From Lytechinus pictus (taxonomy: Eukaryota): a stretch of DNA of 60,000 nt. Shown here piece by piece: positions 12,647 through 23,105 of the stretch. Location of the stretch: the NCBI RefSeq assembly GCF_037042905.1, contig NC_087251.1:7132001-7192000 (forward strand), written 5' to 3'. Under the pieces are notes generated by a model. The model did not search any database, was not told where the DNA came from, and saw nothing but the letters and a program-made list of their open reading frames with translations. The translations under genes and the position numbers were made by a program. Every line of letters starts with the position of its first letter. Within the stretch, counting starts at the first letter, position 1.

Positions 12647-14686
12647 GGGCCTGTTGCATGAAAGGGTCTTTCGTAGAACCATTCTACGTAAGAACGAGAT
12701 ATCGCTCAACTGTTTCACAAAGCCGATTTGGGCGATACGAAGAATGGTCCTTGGAAAGACACCTCCAGACATGTCCTACGTAGGCATGATCTTCTTTGCA
12801 CACCGCCCGCCACCGTCGGCATTGAGAGAAAATGCGTTTACGGCAAGCCACACTGACATATCACCTTTAAACATTTTTTGGGGGTTGCACACTGATGCAT
12901 TTTATCTGGGATGGCGCCAAGTTATTTTTTATATGGGGGATTGTTGTCATCAATTTCAGGTCGTCTTTTTGCACGGCAAGACGACCAAAAACATGTCATT
13001 TTGACTTCTCCGGGCATTATGTCCGGGGGTAATGCAGGCTAGGCCCAAATATTTTTTTTAATATGTTTTCTTTTATTCTCCGTCCTATCCCCACACCATT
13101 TCCATTAATTTTTATTTGAAATATCGAAATGGGCTGCACTCTCTCTCTGACCCCTCATGCTTTCTCATAGATAATTAAACAACATGAAAACAAATTTCTT
13201 TAAAAGAAATGATGTAAGGTAAAAAACGTGTTTATAACCTTCAGCTAAAACAAAACACGATACAAAACTAAAATGTTAAACATGGTAAATCATTCATTTA
13301 TTTTTATTTCATTTTCATTATAGGCCTAATTATTTTTTGCTGAGATTAATTTTAATCAATGAAAATTAATTGTCAGATTTGGGCTAACTAATTGAGATGT
13401 AAAACAGTGAAACAAAACAAAAAAGAGTCTGCATTAATTAACAAAATAGCTAATTGAATTTAAGATACAGATTTGGCCTATAGCTTACGAATCCGTCACA
13501 ATTATTACAAATGAACATAATTCATAAGCTAGTTCATTAAAGAAAAGATTATGGAAAGTCCATACGGAGAGGCGCATTTTAAATCGTAGTGTAGGCCCCT
13601 TTCGGCCCCTATGTAATGTTATAAAGCAATAATGTAGTCTCTACTCCTCAACTTTGAAATGTTGAACATATATATTTTTTATATTCTTAAACTATATTCT
13701 TATATAAGCTTCCATAAATTAAGTGATCAACTTTAAAGATGACCAACGTTTATGATCATTGTAATATTTAGCATTATTTCTGTAAATAGTATTTTTTCCA
13801 TTGCGGATTGCACACCTTTTTCTATGTTTTAATTGTTATTTCAAAGCACTACTTTATCCACTTGGACACGTTTGCAGCAATTTTCATATTTTCCTTGTCT
13901 TCGGTTACTCATCATGCAACTGAGGTATGTTTATACTCTAAATACTCACATTTGTATTTCTTGCGTTATATCTGACAAATAAAATAAATAAATTAGATTT
14001 TTCACAGGCAGCCTCTCATATTTTCCATTTTAGTCTCATACAATCAGACACTGTTGATTTTGTTTACTCCATTCAAACCCTATTTTTACCTCAACAGATG
14101 ACATATTAACGCATAAGTTGCAAAATCATCATTAGGCCTATATATATACCGTATAGGCCTATGTATAAAAAATCAGTATATTGAACTAATAAAAAGTCGA
14201 AATTACTTAGTTAAATCAATTTTTAAGTCGGACAAGGGTCTCTTTCGTTGAAATATCAATGAAAGGTGTCTCTAAAACAAGTAAAAGGACACCGTGTTCT
14301 AATAAGGGAAATAATGAAAATTTAGATTTTATCCAGTTATGTTTGTGAATCTTGAAAGTTTTTTCTCTTTTTACCTCATAAAGTACGCTCCATACATCAA
14401 TTCTACAATCAGTAATAAATAAAACATTATTTGATCCCCTTTTATTGAAATAGGGCCTAGGCCTATATGATTTTATGAAAAGTCGTCATTCCGAAATAAA
14501 AGGTTCAGGTGACGATAAAGACTAAATATTTTCCCGATACTATCGATATCAAACGATGTCGCGGACTTGAAAGACAAAATTGCCTTCGTGAAACGGAAAG
14601 CGCTGATTTGTCGCCAATCTTCCTATCTCGGAAGAATGGTCCTAGGACGTTCCTACGTATCGCTCATCTCGTCATGCAACAGGCCC
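12647..14686. mobile_element. 2-kb non-autonomous PIF/Harbinger-like element in SAMD15 intron 1
   Basis: TIR GGGCCTGTTGCATGA / TCATGCAACAGGCCC; 3-bp flanks CTG/CCG; shared subterminal GAAGAATGGTCCT motifs. Confidence 0.85.
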
Positions 14687-14881
14687 CCGGCTACTTCAAC
14701 TTCGGTCTTCGTCTCAAACGGTCACTACCCTTCACCGCTGCCTAAACTCTCCCGTACCATCGCACGCGCGCCACGCACAGCCCAGTGACATCTCGGACTC
14801 AGTTCCCAACCAAAGTTAGGATCATTGATTACACCTTGTACCCCTTGTATTAAAAAAAATATATATATTAATTCGACTTAC

Positions 14882-14971
14882 TTTATATTGTGGGAACCCA
14901 AGTTCAGCAATCCAATCTGCTACTTGGTCACATGTCCAGTACAAACAAATCGGATCGCCAGGCCCCGCCAT
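14882..14971 (-). CDS. SAMD15: SAM-domain protein (SAMD15-like), coding exon 1: MAGPGDPICLYWTCDQVADWIAELGFPQYK
   Basis: ATG at 14971 in a strong context (ACTATGG). The 90-nt exon ends at a phase-0 GTAAGT donor. It encodes the SAM N-terminal motif W-x3-V-x2-W-I-x2-LGFPQY. It is not in the ORF track and was found by manual translation. Confidence 0.9.
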
Positions 14972-14996
14972 AGTGTTCGGTGTACCTGTGCTCTCT

Positions 14997-15081
14997 GTTG
15001 CTATGCAATTGCAAGGGGAATTCCGGAAGTGGATCGAGAGCGGGGGGGGGGGGGGGGGGGGCAGTGATTGGAATTCCGCCC
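14997..15081 (-). promoter_or_regulatory. Proximal promoter of the SAMD15-like gene: RFX X-box, ETS site, G20 tract, CCAAT, GC box
   Basis: GTTGCTATGCAAT (14997-15009), CCGGAAGTG (15023-15031), G20 (15042-15061), ATTGG (~15067) and CCGCCC (~15076) lie 26-110 bp upstream of the ATG in a CpG-rich patch. Confidence 0.6.
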
Positions 15082-15963
15082 ACCGAATGAGCCGTACTTT
15101 ATATGGGCACTTTTAAAGTGTAATAAAAACGGGACTTTCTAAACACCTTTTTGATTCATTAACAGGATAAAATTAAAAAAAAATGAAATTCCGACCTAAA
15201 AAGTTTTTAAAATGAAGAGCAAGATAACGTATCTCAGTAAACATTGCGAGAGAGAATACCCAGACAAATATTTTTTAATTCACCTTTTGTAATCATGAAA
15301 CAGATGGTTATCTGCAATATAGCTGGAACAAATAAATGATAACTTGAAACCGATTTTGAGTCCCAAGTTCTTGCGCAGATCAACGAGTTCAACTGGCACT
15401 TGAGGATGGGCCTGTAGGGCTGTATAGGCCTAACAGTGGGTGGGTCATGCAGTGGTGGATCCAGGATATCGCTCATGGGGGCATTTTACAGAGTTTGGGA
15501 GAGTGGTGATTTTTTATAATAAGCTTATTCGATATAAAGGGAGTTGTATATTCGACAAGGTTCTATACGATAAAGAGGTTTATAAATTGCATCACATTTT
15601 GGAAAATAATGGTAAATTAAAATGTGATAGACATTTTAATTTGAATATAGAAGCAAATAATATTGAAAAGATCAAGCATATTCATGCCTATTTACCCGTT
15701 AGTTGGAAGAACAATATCGAAATAAATGAAAAACATAACTCTGGAATCGATTTCAATTTGGGTAAGAAAATCAAAAGAAATATACGAACAGCTGTTGTAA
15801 ATTTAAATCAAACCCTCTATTTTCGACAGAATTAGAATACGGATTATGATCTTTTCAATAAGGAAATAGAAAGCATATATTTTAAGACTAATATATTGCA
15901 CACTGAATAGTCGATTAAGGTAGTTTCAGTATAATCTCTTGCATAATATTATATACATACCAC

Positions 15964-17665
15964 CACTGGCGTAAATCCGGGGGGGGGATGGGGGGATATA
16001 TCCCCCCACTTTTCGAGGAGGGGGGGGGATGGCCTGTACAAACACCCCCCCCCCCACTTTTTACGAAAGAAATTAAAAAAAAATCACAAGAGATAGTTTT
16101 ATTGGTGAAAATTCTTCCTGAAATACCGCTTAACAAATAAAACAATATTATTGAATCATAAAATGCAAATAAAGAGCCAGTTCACCATTTCCAAACGAAA
16201 TACTTATGTCCTTATTATAACATTGAAGAGAAACTCCCGTTTCTTCCAATACATCAATGTTGGGGTCTTTGGGAAGGGATTAAGATGGAATGTCAATTCT
16301 TTTTTAATGTAATCTCTAATAAAACCATTAAACCATCATGGGGTAAAAAAGGTAATAATATTGGAGGGGTATTTGTCATATGGACATACAGTGGCGTAAC
16401 TACGGGGGGGGGGTGGGCACGTGTGCCCCCCCCCCAATCGGCTGACCAAAAAAAAAACGGGGAAAAGGAGAAAAGAGGGAGAAAGGAAGAGAAGCGTATA
16501 GTGGGAAAGAAGAAAATATTATTCATTATAATGTTATATTATGATTATGTTATGTTACATTACATAAGAAACATTTTTATCATAACTTCATGAAACATAA
16601 TTTGCCCAGGGCCTACGTCTTCATTGCTCCTGGTGCTTGCATTGTCTGTTATCGAGATATATAATCCTTTTGTACTGAAACATCCCGTTTTCAAGTCAAT
16701 ATAAACCAAATCTATTTCCTAGCACTTGAGTTATCATAGTTTTATGTAGTGACATATGCTTCTTTTTCATGACTCAAAAAGTGATTGCCCCATGTTAAGG
16801 TCTTCGTATATATGAAACATTTCCTGTCCGTGATTACGTTCGCATTAGTGGATTGGTGTGTCTGCTCTTCATGAATTCCTAAAATCATGCAGTCCTTAAA
16901 ATGTCCCTTCTTCTGATCTGAATATCAAAAATTTTCAGCTCGCGCTTCGCGCTCGCATCATTTGGATATTGACAAACGTATGGTCCTAGTTAATTCCTAC
17001 AAAGAAACCTTAGAATGCCCCACTTTAGGTCTGAATTATCTAAATTTTCAGCTCGCGCTTCGCGCTCGCAATATTTGATTAGTGAGATGCGTATGATAAT
17101 CATGATTGCAATGACTACAAAAAGTGTTTCATGTGTTCATATGTAATTCTTATAAACCAGCAAGCGCTTGGCACTCGCATTAGATGACTATGGTGAGATA
17201 TGCATACTCTTAATGGATTCCTAAAATATATTCCTCAAAATTTCGCTGTTTGGGGTCAAAATATACAAAAACTTCAGCTCGCGCTTCGCGCTCGTATTGT
17301 TTAGCGAGACAGGTACCTATCATGATTACACAAATTTGATTATAATGTCTCTTTTTAGGTGTGAATATATATAAAAAAAATTCAGTTCGCGCTTCGCGCT
17401 CGCATTATTTGATCAGTGAGATGCATATCCGTTTAATGACATTGTCCAGAAAATGTCTCTATTAGGTCAGTATAACTGGCAACTGAGCGCGCTCACTCAG
17501 TGATTCAAACATTTTGCTGGTGCCCCCCCCCCCATGCCGTGACCCACGGTACGCCACTGTGGACATATCAATGACAATTCCTTGCATATCTTAATACATG
17601 ATTGCAAAAAAAAGCCAAAATATTTCAGTCATCCCCCCACCCATCAACACGGATTTACGCCAGTG
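15964..17665. mobile_element. hAT-type MITE (outer) inserted in the LINE
   Basis: Perfect 16-bp TIR CACTGGCGTAAATCCG; perfect 8-bp TSD CATACCAC (15956-63, 17666-73). Confidence 0.92.
16389..17559. mobile_element. hAT-type MITE (inner) with repeated CAGCTCGCGCTTCGCGCTCGCA motifs
   Basis: TIR CAGTGGCGTA / TACGCCACTG; perfect 8-bp TSD TGGACATA (16381-88, 17560-67). Confidence 0.92.
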
Positions 17666-19310
17666 CATACCACCTTTTCCGTTTTGGTCTTGTTTCGACC
17701 AATATCATTGATGCTCATTTTGTGAAAAGGAAGAAGAAACGTATATGAACATTTATTTTGTACATGTGAATTTTCTAAATCACTTTGGAATCTGTACGTG
17801 TGCGAGAAGTTTAAATTTTGAAATAAATAAATCTAGTTGGCAAGAAATTCTTCTCGGGAAGCAGGAGAGAAGTAAAGGTAAATATCAATTAATTAATCAT
17901 GTTTTGATTATAGTTAAATATCTTATTTACAAAAACCGAGAATTAAAAAAGCATCCTTCATTGAATGAAATAAAAGATAGTATTAGGGGGATCAAAGAGA
18001 AGAAAAGAAATTGGCAACAAAGAGAGGGACTCTTACAATCCATTTCAATCTCTAATTGGAACCCAGAGCCAGCTCTCCACCGGATAGGGGATGGGGGTGT
18101 TTTAGGGAGGGGGGGGGGTATAGGGTCCAGGGCTGAGTTTGTTGTTGTGATAGAAACTATCTGAGTGAAGAGGCCGAGGTGATAGGTTCTTTAAAAAATG
18201 CTGATGGCTTCAATTCGTTTAGGTTTTATTAATGATTTATTTTTGTGTATTTGGAAAATCTCATTCATATGTTAATATTTGGCACTCGAAAAAAAATGAA
18301 TATGTTGAATTTATTGTATAGAAGGTTCATTCTTAATGCATGTTATTATCATCATTGTTATTCATAATTATGTATTGGAAGATGTATATTGTGTTTTATT
18401 ATAACACTGAAGGAAAAAAATATTGTTAAATTCATGAGTTGTCAAGGTATTCATCAATTTGTAAAGACATCAAACTTGTATTTTATTTTGTATATGAATT
18501 GAAGTTGTCAATAAAAACTACTTCATATAAAAAGAAATTGTCTATTTCCCCTTTATTTTCCCATATTCTGTATCCCCTTTACCCTTTTATTTCTTTCTTT
18601 TTCTTTCTTTCTTTCTTTATGTTGGTACATAGATATTGCCAATAACATTTGTTTTTTTACCTTCCGTCTTCTTGAGTTTGCATTCTATTGTTTAATTTTT
18701 TTATTAAAGTATAATAGGCCTAAAAGGGGATTGGGCAGGTCTTAAAATGCCGTGTAGACTGTTTTACATGTTGTGGATTCAAAATCTTAATTATAATTCA
18801 TTGTGTTATGGGGAGTGCGGGTGACTCTATCCTCGTGCTGAAGGAACACGCAGAACATTTTTATTTTCTAATCTTTTGCATTTTGTTTGCCAATATAGGC
18901 CTATACGCAGTGTTGAATCATGTCAAGGGACCCTGATAGAAATAAAGTTATCAATCATGCTTATGTTGGCTATCTTATCTTCAGTTCGTTAGTCGATTCT
19001 CCTGTATCATATTATTTTGATAAAGGGCTTAGATCTAGTACTTTTTTTTCCCTCCAAGATTCGTCATTGCACAATAAACCAAACCAAAATGTATAGCGCC
19101 AGCTTGCATAACTTGCTCACCTGCAGACTTCATGTGTGATCGTCGAATTGGACCGGGTACCGGCGGTATAAAACAGCTAGCTGATTAGTAACGCCAGTAC
19201 CAAAACGGCTCCGAAAGGAGAGCTGCCGTTTGGTTCCACATTTGTCAACATTTTCTAAGGTAGTTAGTATTATTATTTACTTTGATAAATGTTTCAAAAT
19301 CTGTATCTTA

Positions 19311-19877
19311 GTGTAACTCCAACAAAAAGTTGATTTGAATAAAAAGAGAAAAATCCAACAAGCATAACACTGAAAATTTCATCAAAATCGGATGTAAAAT
19401 AAGAAAGTTATGACAGTTTCGCTTAATTTCACAAAACAGTTATAATTTATGCACACCCCGGTCGGTATGCAAATGAGGGAACTGATGACATCACTCACTC
19501 ACTATTTCTTTTGTATTGTATTATATGAAATATTTTAATTTCCTCCTCATTGTCATGTGAAACAAAATTTTATTTCTCCCTGAAAATGTTGAATTACCAT
19601 TGCTTAACCTTTTATGGTTTAGTCAAGTTGGTCCTAATTGTCAAATCTGCAAAATTGAAATAAAAAACAAAATAAATAGTGAGTGAGGGACATCATCGAT
19701 TCTTTTGTTTGCATGTGACTAAATTGTGTATGTAACTATTTTGTGAAAAATAAGCAAAACTTTAAAATGTCATAACTTTCTTAGTTTACATCCGATTTTG
19801 ATGAAATTTTCAGCACAATGCTTGTCTGATTTTTTCTTTTGATTCAAATAAAAAAAATTCTGAGGTGGACTTGACCT
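19311..19877. mobile_element. Same TTAA MITE family, copy B (opposite orientation, left end eroded)
   Basis: Aligns by eye with copy A; ends GGTGGACTTGACCT. Confidence 0.8.
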
Positions 19878-20249
19878 TTTATGGAAATTCAATATTTTTT
19901 TTATCATATAACTGATGAATTCTATAATTCTGTGGATAAAATGTTTTAGAAATATGAGGTATTCAGTCTCATACAAGAAGGATTTTTTTTTGCACGTGTC
20001 CATGGTCTTGTCAGACGGAATAGTGTGCAAAAATATGGGTGATTTTAATGTCCAGTGCGAGGATATCCCTTATGACCTGAGGAATGGAGGGTACCGGATA
20101 CACATGTCATTATTATTATTATCATTTTTATTATGATTATCATAATCATTATTAATATCATTATCATCATCAGACGCGTATCCAAAATCAGAGTTGGGGC
20201 CAAAAAAAACCCCAAAATTTCCCGGTCATCATAATGGTATGAACAGGCG

Positions 20250-21338
20250 TAATGGCGTAATGAGGCAAAAATCTTGAGGGGGCCAGATATGGCGTATCGG
20301 GCAGAATTTAATTTTTTTGACATTTTTATTGCATTTTTTTGGGGGGTATGTTCGTCACTGTGAACAGGATTTTTTTTAATGATAGTGTGCGAAGCTCTAT
20401 GCGGCAGTAGCGAGGAGATTTAAAAAAAAACAAATTCTAATTATATACGTAATAGATTTTTCGATTATATTCAGCAAATAATATATTTCATTGTCCATTA
20501 ATTTCATTAAATTGCCTCCTACATTTTTTTTATATTTCCCCTTGGGTGTGGAACCAAGTCCCCCTCCCCCTGTGATTGAATGTAAAGCTTAAAAAAGGAA
20601 GGGTCCATACAGGGGGATGTTATAGAACCCTTTGACGGTTTTACATGAAGACCCCCTTCTGAGTGGGGTCTGGAGCAGAGCCCCCAGTAGCTTTGGAGAT
20701 TTAGCCAAAGTCAACATTAAGATACTTTTTAATGATAACTCTTGCCAGCATAAAGTTTTACCTAGGTAGGTACATAATTATGACGTATAACAGGAGGATT
20801 TTAAGGCCTTTGGTTAAGGTCTTTCCGTCCTGATTGCGACCGTTAGTGTATAAATTTTAGCGAGCTTACAATAATGTTGCAAGCAGTCCATCTTCCTTCC
20901 CGCTCTTTATTTTCAATCCTCGGCAGCCCGGTCGTGTTATCAATTTTTTTTTTTCTTGTCCCTTTTCTTCGTTTTCAAATTTAGCATTTGGGTAATTCCA
21001 TTCTACCGTCATTTCCCGCTTTTGTTTGCCGTTTTGTCATCTTTTAATTTATTTCCCTTTCTTACTAATCATGCTAATGTACTAGTAGGCCTATTTCGCA
21101 ATGAGTTGTTCTTTCTCACATGTTCTTCTTTCGTTCCTTTTCCCGTTTTCCATTTTTGAATGTTTTTTCTTAGTTTTCTTTTCTTTTTTCCCCTTTCCTT
21201 TTTCTCTTTCATTTTTCCCTTTCCTTCCCTTTCTTTCTCCCTCCCTTTTCTTTTTTCCCCGTTTTTTTAATTTTCCCGGTGAAATCCGCCAGGGGGTGGG
21301 GGCAGCCTGCCCCCCTGCCCCCGCCCGTTACGCCACTG
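20250..21338. mobile_element. Degenerate hAT-like element with a long pyrimidine tract
   Basis: TAATGGCGTAA / TTACGCCACTG ends with GC-rich subtermini; no TSD found. Confidence 0.45.
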
Positions 21339-21498
21339 GGCTTGGCTCCAGGCACAGCTGTCCTCCATTGTTTAATCACTTGTTAGAATAATTCGTAAAT
21401 TCCCGTTATGATTCTCAAATCGGTAACTGTGTCTGTTTTGTGGATTTGGTTGATTTGAAGGAGCCAATTGGTTGAAAATGACGACTAGAATATCACAA

Positions 21499-21762
21499 GT
21501 GTGTGTGTGTGTATTTGAGTTTTGTCAGACGTGTATCAATCGGGGGAGCGATTCATGAAAGGACTTGTCGGACGTTTTATCCGACAAGTCCTGTTTTATC
21601 CGACAGTTACCATATAGTAACAGTGCCTCACAGCCAAAGATGTCAGAAAGATGGAAAGATGTCAGATGTGACAACTTGTCGGACAAAAATCTTGATGAAA
21701 CGCTCCCCATATATGATTATTTACGTCTGGGACCGACCTTTTACGTCACCATCCGAAAGATG
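21499..21762 (-). mobile_element. SINE body/3' tail (interrupted by MITE 21544-21707), probable continuation of the head at 22841-22923
   Basis: Minus strand reads TCTTTCGGATGGTGACGTAAAAGGTCGGTCCC...CTCAAATA(CA)n; same strand as the head and separated from it only by a LINE fragment. Confidence 0.6.
21544..21707. mobile_element. 164-bp Harbinger-like MITE with TGTCGGA/TGTCAGA repeats
   Basis: GGGAGCGATTCATGAA / TTGATGAAACGCTCCC inverted ends. Confidence 0.75.
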
Positions 21763-22840
21763 AGGCACAATAGATTAAAAATAAATTCTACAAAAACAGT
21801 ATGTATGTGAATTGGTACAAAACGTATATGATTCGAATTAAAGCACGATGAATTAAATCTAAAAATCCACGATATCCGTATCGAACAGGTAAAGTATCTT
21901 GGTATTACCATTGATTCTGAGTTAAAATGGAATGATCATGTTTTAAACCTTTGCAAAAAGGTCAGTAAGATGATTAGTTTTCTTGGTAGATTCAGTTCTT
22001 TTTTGAATGAGTCAACTCTGAATCCTTTATAGAAGGCTGTAATTATGCCACACTTTGATTATGCCGACATTATCTGGTCATCAGCAACTAAAACTTGTTT
22101 GGGCATGTTGCAAAAACTGCAAAACAGTGCAGGTATGATTATTTTAAAAACAAAATTGTCAGAGCACAGGCCAGTGCTAGAGATTCATGATATTCTGGAA
22201 TACTCTTCAACAACGTCAAACTTTCCATACTCATTGTTTATTATATAATATAAAATATGTCATCATGATACGTCTCCTGCCCACTTAAAAGAAGAAGAAG
22301 ATTTTTAAGACATTGAGGTACCCCACAAGAAAAGGAAATCAAGTTATAATGTCTAAACCAAAGACTGAAAATTGTAAGCGCACTTTCATATATCGTTATG
22401 GTAAATTATATACAACAATCTACCTCTTAACATAAAAAAATGAAACAACTTTTCAACCTATAAAAGAGAAATCCTATAGAAAAAAAATCAGAACTGTGTA
22501 ATGACGATTTCATGGGTGGGGGGGGGGGGCCGGGGGGGGGGGTATCTGGGCTTGCACTGCAAGTTCATGCACCCTAACTTTTGTATCTCTTTATATTAAT
22601 TTGAAGTCATAGAAATTGTAATGTTAATTCATATCATTTATTTCCAGGGACCTCGGGGAAGAACGGATGGGCTATATTAATAGCCCATCTGAAACGAGTC
22701 ATCCCTACGATATGTATAAGTTTTATATGTTGTATTATACTCATTATTTATGTTATGACTCTGTTGTAATAAATTGATCTTACAATTTATATTTTGTTTA
22801 TATTTATATATTTTTATCGTGAATAAACCAAACCAAACCC
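21763..22840 (+). mobile_element. Decayed L2/CR1-group LINE 3' fragment
   Basis: KYLGITIDSELKWNDHVLNLCKKVSK...KAVIMPHFDYADIIWS...LQKLQNSA and later KPKTENCKRTF, with stops and frameshifts; ends AATAAA(CCAAA)n. Confidence 0.85.
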
Positions 22841-22923
22841 GACTTGACCAGGGCTCGAACCTCCCCTCTGCATCAATAACTTCCCCACAGCTTGGATTAC
22901 AGGCGCACGCCACAACACCCAGG
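22841..22923 (-). mobile_element. SINE 5' head: 7SL/Alu-domain-like sequence followed by a Pol III B-box
   Basis: Minus strand reads CCTGGGTGTTGTGGCGTGCGCCTGTAATCCAAGCT...GGTTCGAGCCC, compared with the 7SL 5' end GCCGGGCGCGGTGGCGCGTGCCTGTAGTCCCAGCT. Confidence 0.7.
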
Positions 22924-22925
22924 GG

Positions 22926-23105
22926 TGTTTATTTATTTATTTATTTATTGATATATTCATATTCCACAATCATCAAAGTACATTTATAATAAATCATTTT
23001 AACACTGAAAAAAATGCATAACACACAGGATTGAAACGTAGCAATGAAATGAAAAAAGTGGAGGGCCTACTAAAAAGCAAAGCTTGTAAAATGTAGACCC
23101 CCTAT
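22926..23105 (-). mobile_element. LINE-type 3' UTR fragment with stem-loop and (TAAA)n tail
   Basis: Minus strand GGGTCTAC...GTAGGCCC hairpin followed by a TAAA microsatellite tail. A plus-strand 3' end with (CCAAA) tail lies at ~18925-19090. Confidence 0.5.

Larger units (their letters stand above)
15497..18537 (+). mobile_element. 5'-truncated, decayed L1/Tx1-clade LINE (ORF2 C-terminus, zf-RVT region) interrupted by nested hAT MITEs
   Basis: Translates to ...FYNKLIRYKG...LPVSWK..., LNSRLR*FQYNLLHNII, then CSFCEKEEETY/EHLFCTC (CCHC, frameshifted) and INHVLIIVKYLIYKNR. AATAAA at ~18510 is followed by an A-rich tail. Confidence 0.8.

Noticed and set aside
15440..18164. ORFs 15440-15835 and 17745-18164 as host genes
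   Set aside because: They are frameshifted pieces of one decayed L1/Tx1 ORF2.
22841..22923. Functional 7SL RNA or tRNA gene
   Set aside because: 7SL similarity is limited to ~35-45 nt with no S domain; there is no cloverleaf and no oligo-T terminator.
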